From Spirogloea muscicola (taxonomy: Eukaryota), in NCBI GenBank assembly GCA_009602725.1, contig WELB01000016.1:435427-499426 (forward strand): a stretch of DNA of 64,000 nt, in the 5' to 3' direction. Below the pieces are notes generated by a model. The model did not search any database. It had not been told where the DNA came from and saw only the letters and a list, made by a program, of their open reading frames with translations. Made by a program: the position numbers and the translations under genes. Shown one piece after another: positions 51,569 to 63,251 of this stretch (positions are counted from its first letter, which is position 1; the number at the start of each line of letters is the position of its first letter).

Positions 51569-52328
51569 TGTGAGGCGAAGATACAATTGAAGGTGGGGTG
51601 TCTGCACAGGCTGTGACAGGTGGAGGTGCACGACACTTGACAGCAAAGTTACTTGCAGCGGATCACTCAAGGCAGGAGCTTTATCCTGCAATAAGCATCT
51701 TACATGTAGCTGGCTCCATTGATGCTTGTTGCCCTAGAAGGTAGATGTTAGCAGTATCTGTACCTGTCCTCCTTTATCCATCTGGGGAATACATTGCAGT
51801 TGTTGTAGAGCTGGGCTCATAGAGCATGAGAGTATTTGGACACTGGGCTGCTGTGAATCCATTGGTGGTCAAGCCACATACAGTTGGCTATTGTGTTTGG
51901 TGGCAAATGCCATTGGTCTGGAATCTTATCATTAATTTATTGACAAAGAGCTTTCGTGATTATTTTGGGGCAGGCTGCTCACAGCCCTCGCCCCCTTTGA
52001 GAGAGCCACTTTCAATAACATTTTCCCAGATTCTCATCTTTAAGAATATTTGATTGCCAACCAGCTGGCAATAGTGGGGACTGGTATAGTATATAGTACA
52101 TGTTAAGCAGCAATGAGCAAGATTGCTTACACTTCTGAACACTGCAAGCCCAACACTACTTATACTGTCAGTGACTGCAATCATCAGAATGGTAGGGCAT
52201 TGCAATGTTTTCCAGCCCAGGCAATCATCCAAGCAAGCACCTGATGTTGTGCAGGTAATGACAACTGCACAAGTGCATTCATCTAGGCCCTTGCCAACAT
52301 AAGGGACAGCGATGAAGCGGCCAATAAT

Positions 52329-54268
52329 CTAAACACGTCCGCTGTTCATAAGATCTCTACTTTCATCTTCCTCAAGTATGGGTACGGAACCTAGGCACCT
52401 GTGCTAACTACAAGTAGTCTTGCGAGTATCTCCCACGGCCTGCTACATTAACCGTATACAGTAATGAGCACTCAAAGTACAGCATGTACATAGTGCATAC
52501 TGATCTTTAGTAATTCACACCTACAATTAGACCTTATACCTAGCAAGTAGTGTCTTATCAGCTAAGACTGCAGCAGAAACCTCCATACAATGTGGACAAA
52601 ATCAGCACAATTTGCACGTCAAAATGCAGCCGTCAACACTGAACAAGCTACCAAGGGTCAAGCTAGTGCCTTGCGCACAGTCAACCCCCTTGGGGGCAGC
52701 AAGGAGGAACGGTGCTTGAGTTGCAAACGTGAGTGGTGTAGCTATACCTGCTCCACCCAAGCGGGTAGCTCCGTCAATCCGTGACTTGCGTCTGCAATAA
52801 AATAGTGTGCCCAATGCCAACACTGCAGCCACGATGAGAACAGCAATCACGATCCCAGCAATGCCTCCACCAGACAAGCTTGATCCGCCGCCACCATCAC
52901 CTGACGCATCAGGACCCAGCAGAAAGCGATGAGAACTCTGTAAGTGCCAAAAGCTTCTCTAGAACACCAGGACAACTTCAGCAACTACCGATTTGGGTTG
53001 AAGCGTATACTAGTCCCTGCTTTCCACCACGCTCTGAAATGCCCGGGCGTTTTGTGGCAAGCGCCATGATTCATCAATATCGTCCCTGACTTGTATGTGA
53101 GCATGTTATGTTTTCTACAGATCCCAGATTAGATATCAAAAGGCTGTCACCCCAACAAAAGCCATACTTTGGGCATAGCACACATGCCTTTCGCGGATGA
53201 TGACATTGGCAGGATCTCAAAGAGCTCGAGGCCGTTAATGATGGGGCCAGCAATGCCATCTGAGCTTCGGAGCGAGACGTTGAAAAGGAGCGTCGAGGTC
53301 GCCGTGCCCACCGGCTCTGAAACGTTCAGGATGAAGGTCTGGTTCACAGGCACAAACGCCTGCTTCCCAGCGACGCTGTAAATGTCGAACCCGCTCCTCA
53401 ACACCTCCCCATTGATGACCAAGTCGAAGACGCGGTCTCCGGCCGTGACAGTCGAGTTGGTCTCGGCAAAGTAGAGGACGAGGAGCCACTGGTCGCGCAC
53501 GTCCTGAGCGACGATATAGTAGACCAGGTCGATGGCGCCGCCCGCGGGGGCCTGCCGTGCCGTCTGGTACAGCATCGCGGGGGGGTAGTTGATGGGCAGG
53601 CCGGCGCCGCTCACGTTGCTGGCGGTGGTCAGCGGCGCCAACCCGGCGGCGGCGGGCGAGCCGTCTGCCGACCAGTACCGGAAGCCCAGGTCGGCGGGCT
53701 CGCGCCCGAACGCGGGGCCGCCGAGGTTGACACGCACGGCGTTGGATAGGACGTAGTCGTGGCCGAGCCCGATGGCCGCCGTGCTGTACGCTTCGCTCTC
53801 CGCTGGCAGGACCTGCAGGCTGTTGACGAGTGCATCGCCGACCACCGGCCGGAGGCAGAATTGAATAGCGGCGCTGTCATCTACGAAGACGTAGAAGTCG
53901 GTGTAGTACGCTTCGCTGGACAGCTCCGCCGCGTTGGGCTCCCGGAAGTCGACGCGCTCCACCGGCAGGCCCTGGACGAGCACGTCGAACGCCACGTCCG
54001 GCGGGCCGGTGCTGTCAAAGAGCCCGATGGCGAAGGAGGCGCGCACAAGGTAGCGCCCGGCGGGCACCGGCACGGCGTAGCAGCCGCGGGCGCCGCCGGG
54101 GAAGGTCCGGAAGGTGGCGTCGACGGGCGCGACGTTCTGGGCATAGGCGTTGGGGTTGGAGGCGTTGACGCCGCTGTCGAAGTAGGCGTCCGCCTGCCAC
54201 GCCACGCCGCCGCCGAGGTCTGCGCCCAGCGTCCGGTTGCTGCCGCAGTCGATCCGGATAGGGGCTGC

Positions 54269-54270
<2 letters not shown>
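52329..54270 (-). CDS. Malectin-like ectodomain plus TM protein, no kinase (copy 1; 5' end in N gap)
   Basis: IRIDCGS, TFRTFP...CY...GRYLVRASF, RVNLGG, LYQTAR, LYFAE...RVFDLVING, PIINGLELFEI. TM GIAGIVIAVLIVAAVLALGTLFYCRRK. Last exon (~52392-52329) tentative. Confidence 0.85.
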
Positions 54271-54302
<32 letters not shown>

Positions 54303-54663
54303 NNNNNNNNNNNNNNNNNNNNNNNNNNNNNNNNNNNNNNNNNNNNNNNNNNNNNNNNNNNNNNNNNNNNNNNNNNNNNNNNNNNNNNNNNNNNNNNNNN
54401 NNNNNNNNNNNNNNNNNNNNNNNNNNNNNNNNNNNNNNNNNNNNNNNNNNNNNNNNNNNNNNNNNNNNNNNNNNNNNNNNNNNNNNNNNNNNNNNNNNNN
54501 NNNNNNNNNNNNNNNNNNNNNNNNNNNNNNNNNNNNNNNNNNNNNNNNNNNNNNNNNNNNNNNNNNNNNNNNNNNNNNNNNNNNNNNNNNNNNNNNNNNN
54601 NNNNNNNNNNNNNNNNNNNNNNNNNNNNNNNNNNNNNNNNNNNNNNNNNNNNNCGGCGACGGA

Positions 54664-54701
<38 letters not shown>

Positions 54702-55089
54702 ATGCGGATGCGGCTGCGGCGGTGGCGCGGACGTAAGAGGTGCTTACCGTCGGGCAGCCACCCAAGCGCCCTTAAACGAACGACGAGAGAGCCTTGGTGC
54801 AAGCTTGTGGGCTGGCCTCTTACGGCATCCTCTTGGATCCCCAGTGACCAGCCGCTGGTCACAGAAACTAGACTCCAAGCAGATCCCGTCCATAGCCGCG
54901 CATCTGGCTGGCTTTTACAGCCGCTCTTGTATATCAGCAGCCGCAGTCAGAGGCTGCAGGCAGGGCGCGACCTGCACGCAGCTGCAACGCGTGTGCCATG
55001 GACCGCTGCAGCGATACTAACAGGCGCATGCGGTACACCTGGGCGAGAGAGCCTGCCGCGTTGACATCGGCCTGCTCCCCTTGGTGTCA

Positions 55090-55330
55090 TCGGGACACTG
55101 CGCTGCACGCTGGCCGGTGCAGGAGCTCGAGCAACCGAGCGCCGAACGCCCGATGGCAAGGGCGAAGAGCTCGTCCTCCCGCAGATTATTAGCATATTTT
55201 GCTGGTACTGAGCACCCAGTGGCAACTTGTCGCTGCGTGCTTTAGCCCTTTCCTGGATCCTTCGCACTTTCGTCATTCTTTCTGGGCTTGTCAATCACAG
55301 CCATCGCCCTCTACTGCAAGAGTCTATCTG
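55090..55330 (+). mobile_element. Decayed CRE-like 3' fragment
   Basis: ALHAGR...PPADY*HILL remnant followed by a TTCTGGGCTTGTCAATCACAGCCATCGCCC...AAGAG tail. Confidence 0.45.
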
Positions 55331-55799
55331 CTATCAGAAGAGCCTCCTCCTCTTCTCTTTCTCTCTTTCTCCCTCGTTGGAGGGAAAGACACTGAAAACC
55401 ATGCTGCGAAGTCTGAGGACTGATCGGCTCAGGGATCCCTCACAGACTCCGAGTTAGCAAGGAAACAAAGGGGGGCGACGAAGCTGACCTCAGTTGTGCA
55501 AGCCAGAAATTGCGGCAAGGGAACGACCAGGGCTCGACTCCGCAGGGCAAATGTATGGAACCGCTGCATTCACATGTAAGATGCGTTTGGTAGCACGGCA
55601 CAAGACTAGAAGGCATGGTGCCTCCAGTAAGTCCTGCTCCCTGCTCGCTTTGCCGATGGTCAGCAGCGAGGCCAGCATCATGAGTAGCGAGGATCACCGA
55701 CCACTATGACTGCTGCAGAAGTTCTTGGCAATGTCTGAAACATATCAGCGGCAGAGTGATCCTTCACTTCTCGACGTTCTTGTGGTTGGCTAAGTTCGC

Positions 55800-55947
55800 A
55801 TATAGCCGGTCTCCAGAGGAACACCTCGCCGAGAGACCCGGCGGCAATGAAGCCGGGCAGCTCACCTTGCTGTCTCTGGCAAAGATCTGTGGCCGACCGT
55901 GCAAGCCGCTGTAGGATGTCCGCCACCGACTGCCAATCGAGAAGATA
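55800..55947 (-). mobile_element. Decayed CRE-like ORF fragment
   Basis: GELPGFIAAGSLGEV aligns with GEQPGFHVAGSLAQV at ~58545. Confidence 0.55.
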
Positions 55948-55952
55948 CCATG

Positions 55953-56356
55953 TGTGACGTCCCCGCCGTTACGGGCCGCTTAACTTCGAGCTAAGCGCTA
56001 ACCTGTGACTGCTGACGCACGCGACTGACGCGTGTGACGCGCGCTCGACGCGCGAGGTGACGCGCGGTTTGATCGCCTGCTGACGATGTGACGTGACGAG
56101 CCACACCGCGCGTCACCTCGCGCGTCGCGCGCACGTGGCACGCGTCAGTCGCGTGCGCGTCAGGAGTCACACGTTAGCGCTTAGCTCGAAGTTAAGCGGC
56201 CCGTAACGGCGGGACGTTAACATTCGCAGGCGTGTCACACCGCGCGTCACCTCGCGCGTCGCGCGCGCGTGGCACGCGTCAGTCGCGTGCGCGTCAGAGG
56301 GCACACGCTAACGCTTATCTCGAAATTAAGCGGCCCGCAACGGCGGGGACATTACA
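55953..56356. mobile_element. Non-autonomous long-TIR element (TGT...ACA) with an internal duplicate TIR
   Basis: Left arm ~55953-56070; inverted arms ~56102-56220 and ~56236-56356. Flanks CCATG / CCATA. Confidence 0.75.
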
Positions 56357-56399
56357 CCATATACATCTTCCAGCCGCGCTTTTGCCGCGTCCGCAGCCC

Positions 56400-57260
56400 C
56401 TCAAAGAAGAAAGCGCGGCCAGATTGCTGGTGGCTGTGACAAGCCAGCCCAAAGGAATGGACAAGGCCCAAAGAGGGTCTGTGTAGCCCCATCCTTTGCA
56501 ATCTCTCTTTTTTCGCGCATGACCGACGCATTGGCTTGGCCCCATTCATCTCATGCGCACCGTGCAACTTCTGTCTCCTCTGAATAACGTAAGAGCTCTA
56601 CTAAAGTGAGGGCGATGGCTAGGAGAGGCCAACCCAAAGAAATAGCTCTTCCGAAGACAGGCCATTGCTGTGAGAGGCCAGCCCAAAAAAAAAAAAGAGC
56701 TCTTGCAATGTAAGGCAACAGCTGTGAAAGGCCAGCCCGGAAGAAGTGTACAGTATAAGATTGGAGAAAATCCGTAGGGAGAAGACGAAGCGACTCTTTG
56801 AAGGGGGCGAGGGCTGGGGAAAGCGAGCCCAGAAGGAAATGAACAAGGTCCAAATGCAGTCGGAGAAGCACTACAAGTGGCAGATCGAAGGAGTCAGCAC
56901 ATAGAGGTCACTAACTGATGCCCAAATATTGGACGACAATCGACAAGCTCTTGTGCCACCAGCCAAGGCTCGACCAGCTTTCTGATGCAAAGCATGACCC
57001 TCAGCTCGCTGCAGACAGGCTGACACTCGACGTCGCCAAAATGACGAGTAGACCGCCGGCATGCCCAAATGTAGAGGTTACAAAGTGGTTATCCTCATGG
57101 TACTTGCTTACTTATGTCTTTCAGCGCTAGACCTTTTCAATATTCTTTCGGGCTGGCTTTTCGCTACCCTTGCCCCCTTCGGAAGGAAGTGCTCGCCCAC
57201 AGAAGGTAGAGGCTGGGAAGGGCCAGCCCCAAGAGAATGGACAAAGTACAAAGAGCCAAA
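56400..57260 (-). mobile_element. CRE-like 3' fragment plus stacked tail motifs
   Basis: WRRRVSACLQRAEGHALHQKAGRALAGG...SVSDLYVL (57068-56871), followed by four or more tail units at 56590-56860. Confidence 0.7.
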
Positions 57261-57659
57261 AGGTGCTTAAACCACACAGCTAGACTCGAGACTACCGCAG
57301 ATGGAAGCTTATTAACCACGAGTGAGCGGCAGCAAGTCGGAATAACTCGCAGCTGGGAAAGAGCCTGAACAATGTACAATGTATTCCTTAAAGAGACACT
57401 CCGCCTGGACCCAGATGCCGCAGCCATAGCGCGGAAGAGCTCACTTCTTCCGTGAGCTTGCTCGCACAGGAGGAGGCTGGTCACCGCGGATGGCGCCTGC
57501 CTGGCCGGGTCAACAGTGCCGCCCGCTGTCGCGTCGCGCCGCGGGGCAAGGAGAATGGAAAGGGGCGCGGATCGCGTTGCATGAGAGGGAGGCCAAAGCA
57601 AGCCAGCACATGATGTCAGAAATTTAGGGGGAAAGAGGAGACTCTTCCAGTTCATTCTT

Positions 57660-58547
57660 CTTACTGGGCTGGCCTCTCACAGATTGCTTTCCGATAGTCT
57701 TTTGGATTTACGGCTCCTCACTCGTACTTATTGAGTGGTCCATACTACCCCAGGTCTACGATAGCGCGTTTGGCACCTTTGTCCTTTAACCCCTTCGAAC
57801 TATCTGAATTATTTGTTGTAATTCTTTCTTTCTTTTCGGCTCCCTTTGGCTCTTTGGACCTTGTCCATTATTTTTACTTTTGTAGGGGCTGGCCTTTCCC
57901 AGCCCCTACCCTCTACGGGCGAGCACTTCTTCTTGTTCGGGCTGGCCTTTTCTTCTTTATTACAGCCCTTGCCCCCATTAGGTGAAGTGGCTCTCTTGAT
58001 GGGGGCAGGGGCTGTGTAAAGCCAGCCCGCAGAGAGTTGACAAAGGTTCGATTGGGAGAGCCACTTCTTCTCACAGCCACTGCCCTCCCCTGAAAGGGGA
58101 GATCGAATTGGAATCCATTCTTTTCGGGCTTTTCTTTCACCGCCCTTGCCCATTGGGAGAGCAACTTCTTCTCCCCTGGAAGTATCCTTCTTCGTCCAGT
58201 AGAGGGCGAGGGCGTAACTGGAGCCTAGTGAGAAGCAAGCGCGGCCAGATTAACTGGTGGCTGGGAGAGGCCAGCCCAAAAGAATAGACAAGGTCTGAAG
58301 GAGTTGGAGTGCTAAGGACTGAGACAGCAGTAAGCGAACTCTCAGTAATCTCTCGTCAGTAGATGCAAATTTGAGTAGCTAGCAGGCGGAAAGACGTCGC
58401 CCTGACGGAAGCCGGAGGCCGCCGCCAGAGCGCGGCCTGCGCGCAAGTGGACCGCAAAAGCTAGGGACCGCTGCAAAGAGACGGCCAGGCGCATCCGGTA
58501 AACTTGGGCGAGGGACCCGGCGACATGGAAGCCAGGCTGCTCGCCTT
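57660..58547 (-). mobile_element. Best-preserved RLE-type non-LTR 3' end, running out of an N gap, plus a tail cluster
   Basis: Open frame YRMRLAVSLQRSLAFAVHLRAGRALAA...FPPASYSNLHLLTRDY* (58547-58342), then a 3' UTR with the tail motif. Further tail copies in both orientations at 57780-58170. Confidence 0.7.
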
Positions 58548-59496
58548 NNNNNNNNNNNNNNNNNNNNNNNNNNNNNNNNNNNNNNNNNNNNNNNNNNNNN
58601 NNNNNNNNNNNNNNNNNNNNNNNNNNNNNNNNNNNNNNNNNNNNNNNNNNNNNNNNNNNNNNNNNNNNNNNNNNNNNNNNNNNNNNNNNNNNNNNNNNNN
58701 NNNNNNNNNNNNNNNNNNNNNNNNNNNNNNNNNNNNNNNNNNNNNNNNNNNNNNNNNNNNNNNNNNNNNNNNNNNNNNNNNNNNNNNNNNNNNNNNNNNN
58801 NNNNNNNNNNNNNNNNNNNNNNNNNNNNNNNNNNNNNNNNNNNNNNNNNNNNNNNNNNNNNNNNNNNNNNNNNNNNNNNNNNNNNNNNNNNNNNNNNNNN
58901 NNNNNNNNNNNNNNNNNNNNNNNNNNNNNNNNNNNNNNNNNNNNNNNNNNNNNNNNNNNNNNNNNNNNNNNNNNNNNNNNNNNNNNNNNNNNNNNNNNNN
59001 NNNNNNNNNNNNNNNNNNNNNNNNNNNNNNNNNNNNNNNNNNNNNNNNNNNNNNNNNNNNNNNNNNNNNNNNNNNNNNNNNNNNNNNNNNNNNNNNNNNN
59101 NNNNNNNNNNNNNNNNNNNNNNNNNNNNNNNNNNNNNNNNNNNNNNNNNNNNNNNNNNNNNNNNNNNNNNNNNNNNNNNNNNNNNNNNNNNNNNNNNNNN
59201 NNNNNNNNNNNNNNNNNNNNNNNNNNNNNNNNNNNNNNNNNNNNNNNNNNNNNNNNNNNNNNNNNNNNNNNNNNNNNNNNNNNNNNNNNNNNNNNNNNNN
59301 NNNNNNNNNNNNNNNNNNNNNNNNNNNNNNNNNNNNNNNNNNNNNNNNNNNNNNNNNNNNNNNNNNNNNNNNNNNNNNNNNNNNNNNNNNNNNNNNNNNN
59401 NNNNNNNNNNNNNNNNNNNNNNNNNNNNNNNNNNNNNNNNNNNNNNNNNNNNNNNNNNNNNNNNNNNNNNNNCCGCCGCCGCCGCTTCCCGGCCCC

Positions 59497-59966
59497 ATGA
59501 CGGCGCCCGCGCGGCGGCCGCCCTGGCACTGCCTCCTCGCGCTCGCGCTACTCCTCGCCGACGCCCGCCGCGCCGCCTTCGCCTACGGCCAGGGTGAGCC
59601 CCAGCTCCCTGTCGCGCCATGGCGGCCGCCGCGACCGCCGGCGGCGCTCAGGCAAGCGAGCGGTGCCGTGCTTCCGCTGACGGCAGCCAGCGCCGCCGCC
59701 GCTGCGCCTGCTTGGCTGTGGCGTCTCTCGCTACAATGGCAGTTACGGCCGTGCGCATAGACTGCGGCTCGACGGAGGTGCGCACCATCAATGGCGTCCA
59801 GTGGGAGGGCGACCGCGGGTTCAAGGCCGGCACGGCGCGCACCGTGGCCAACGCCACCGGCCTCTCCGACGTCGACGCCACGTATCGCGCCTTCGCGCCC
59901 GGCGAGAACTCCTGCTACACGCTGCTCGTCGCCTCCGGCCGCTACTTCGTCCGCCTCGGGCTCCAT

Positions 59967-60009
<43 letters not shown>

Positions 60010-61169
60010 ACACCATCTTCAAGGTGTACATCGAGGGCGTGCTGCTCAAGATCGTCAACGTCAGCGCGACGAGCAGCGCGGGCGGCGACGCCGACGACGC
60101 GCGCTGGACGGACTACGTGGTGTACGTCACGGACGGCGCTGCCGACATCTGCGTGCTGCCGGGTGTCGACGGCGCCTCGGCCTACATTAGCAGCATCGAG
60201 GTGCTGGAGGTGTCGGAGGCCGCATACGCCTCGGGCACGCTCGGCCTCGGCAAGGGCGACCTGCTCGCCAACTACGTGCGCATCAACAGCGGCGGCGGCT
60301 GGCTCGCGCCGGTGCACGACCCCCATGCCCGCCTCTGGCATGGCGACGTCAGCCCTACGGAGGGGCAGTACAAGGTGCTGCAGACCAACCACTCCATCAC
60401 TGGCGCCAGCGGGCCGCCCAACTACCTGCCGCTGGAGCTCTTCTCAGACGGCCGCCTCGCTGGTGCCAGCAACGTCACGTCGTACGTGTGGTCGCTCGAT
60501 CCCGTGGACGCATCCTACGATTGGCTCGCCATGCTCTACTTTGCCGAGGTCCAGCCCGAGGTGCGTCTCGGCAGCCGGCTGATCGATGTCCACGTCAACG
60601 GCCGCATGATTGCGACCATCGACATCCTGGAGCTCGCTGGTGGGCTGCATTTTGCAGCAGCATCCCTACCAATAGTCACGTCGCCGACTCTCGCGACGGA
60701 TGAGGACCCGTACAACATCATCATCCAGCTTTCACGCAACGCCCATGCCACTCACAATCCCGTCATCCACGGCATTGAGTTGCTTGAGATCATTCCTGCC
60801 AGCAGCACACGTGAGGACGTGGAAGCAGGTCAGCGCCCCCCCTCTCTTTCCCAATTGGTATCCTCCGTGCCCAGGCCAAGTTGAAGTGTCTGAAGCTACG
60901 ACTTGCATAGTGAGCACCTATGAATATAGCTCTTACTTGTGCGTGCCCCCAATGAGTGCTTCTGAGCTGCATCTGATCCTTTGGCAGAGCTCTTCACTCA
61001 TCGGAAAAAGCGGCTCAGCCAAGGTGCTCTGACTGGTATTGTGGTGGCTTGCGCTGCGACCTTGACTGCCCTACTGATCAGTGGGGCTGTGGGGCTCGCC
61101 TGGTTGCGGCACCGGAGAGCGTCACGACTGCCGCTGGCTACCACAGACAGGCCTCATGACCCTCTCTGA
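59497..61169 (+). CDS. Malectin-like ectodomain plus TM protein, no kinase (copy 2)
   Basis: Signal-peptide exon 59497-59593; exon ~59743-60828 (VRIDCGS, GRYFVRL, YVRINSGG, LYFAE, VIHGIELLEI); TM exon ~60989-61169 with a short tail. Confidence 0.88.
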
Positions 61170-62339
61170 CAGTCATCGGCTTTGAAAGCCAGGTGACCAT
61201 TCAAGCAAGGCATCCTTTATGCTGCCTTCCGTGCCTTGAGAAGGTCCAACAACATAGTCGATTGCGCTCTCACCCATGAGTGGTGTGTTTTGGCGTCACC
61301 ATCGAATCTTCCTGCTTCGCTTGTGTCAGATGCAAGGTGCACTGGCAGTATATCTGCTCCATGTCCAATGTTGGGCTTCGTGTCAATGCAGGTGACTGTG
61401 AGGGCTTTGCGGTTGACTCAGATGCTCTGCCAGAGTGGGACTTCCTCAAGAGTTCACGTGACGGTTTCACCATTTTGAGGCCGGATGTGTGCGCATTACC
61501 CGATTGCGCATCCAACAGGACATTTGAGGTGTCATTGCCTGGTCATAGTTGTGCGCACATGCGTGCGCGTGCGTGCCAAGATGCTGTCTGGCTTTGCAAA
61601 GCCCAGCTGCCTCCTTCCTCTACTGCTGCCCAGCAAGTGGGAGACTTGGTTGCCGCTGTTGGCAATAGCATCTTGCCTGTAGACCCAGGACTTGACAGAC
61701 GGAATCTCTCGCCCCCTGGTGAACAAGAGCGACCTGTCTGGTGGCTGAGATCCTCTCAGACATCTGACCTGGGCCCAACCGCACATGCATTCGCTGGGTG
61801 TGACTTCACCAGCGGGATAGCATGCCTGACTTTGCCTGGTCAGCAGTGCTGCTGTCTCCTGCACCCATTTATCCTGTTCAAGGCTCCGCCAAGGCCGACT
61901 ACTGGAATTGCCAGTCTGTGTTAAGCAAAGGCAGCCTGCTGGTGGTGAGAAGGGCCTGTAGTACAGATTTGGAACCACTCTGTACAATGTGTACAAGAAA
62001 CCAAAGACTCTTATTTGTTGTTGCCTTTAGTGGCGCAGCACAATTGCAAGATACAAGGCCACCCAAGAGTGGCCTGCGATCTTCAATCTCAGTGCAGTGT
62101 GTGCCTCACAGCTTCGTCATGCAAATAGCACGTAGAACGCTCCTTTAAGACAACACTATGCTCCTGCACGGTGGGAAGGCAACTCGCCTTAAGCTCAGCG
62201 ATGACATGATTTGAATTAACAACCCCTTAGGCTGCATGATGATTGACCTTTCCACAGCATCAACAAGCTAGTTCAAGCAAGGTACCTTCAATCTCATGCC
62301 CCTGCAGAGAAAATATTTTTTGGAAGGAGCTAAAGAAGC

Positions 62340-63141
62340 TACATGAGGTCCTTTCACAAAAGTGATTTGGCTGTGTAACAGGGCCAGCCCAACGACATGG
62401 ACACAGTTTGTACTGTCAGAATAAGCAAACTACTCAGGAGAACAATTGAACCTTACTGATGGCTGCTGAAGAAGACCAAATTCAATAGCCGCAACCTGGT
62501 ATGACGAGTAGCCTGAAGTAAGCTCTTCCAACGGGGCGAGTGCCGTGGAAGGCTAGCCCGAAATATATGGACGAAGTTCGAAGGGGCCCATATGCTCTAA
62601 ACTACACGGCCTATGCAAGTACCACGAAAGATGGTCGCTTGGTAAGCCCTAGTTAGCAGCCGCAAGTCACAAAGACTAGCAGCTAGAAAGCAGTTCCTCT
62701 GCCGATAGCCAGAGGCGGCAGCTAGAGCTAGAGAACGGCGCCAGAAATACAGATGTGCCCTTCCAGAAGAAGCGAGGGCTGTGGAGGCCAGCCCAGAAAG
62801 AGAAAGGATACAGCTCCGTAGATGCTACAGTAACTGCTGGCAACTTCTGGCTTACTGTCTCGGTGCATTCTTCGTGCACATTCCTGCATGTCGATTAACC
62901 CTTGAAGACTTCAACGGCTGAGACTCGGAGCGAATGCGGCTGCCGATTGTAAAAGAGCGGCTGTGGAGCCAGCCTCAACAGCTCCTCCACGAAAGAAAGA
63001 CTCTTCCAGTGCGCCTCAGTACAGCATGTCAGATATGCATGTGCTCACTCGGGGATGTTAGTGTCCCCCTTAGCCAGCTCATCACCCAGTTAACAGGACA
63101 TTTGTGAGGCCAGAATTGGCCTCTCCTTTCAATTTCATGCG
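62340..63141 (-). mobile_element. Third head copy followed by tail motifs
   Basis: Head 63141-63011; tail motifs near 62960, 62760-62800, 62520-62588 and 62360-62400. Confidence 0.6.
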
Positions 63142-63211
63142 CCCAGCTCCTCCACACTCGTCTGGCGAGCCTGACCAGCCTCCGCCGACATGCAGCCCGC
63201 CGCCGCCTCCT

Positions 63212-63251
<40 letters not shown>

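Noticed and set aside
56590..56860. CRISPR-like array
   Set aside because: Units are diverged, there are no regular spacers or cas genes, and the context is eukaryotic.
58548..59472. ORFs spanning N gaps
   Set aside because: Their length is an artefact of Ns; only the flanking real sequence was interpreted.
63011..63141. C/D-box snoRNA in the head element
   Set aside because: The GTGATGA box occurs in only one of three copies, and no convincing terminal stem or guide is visible.
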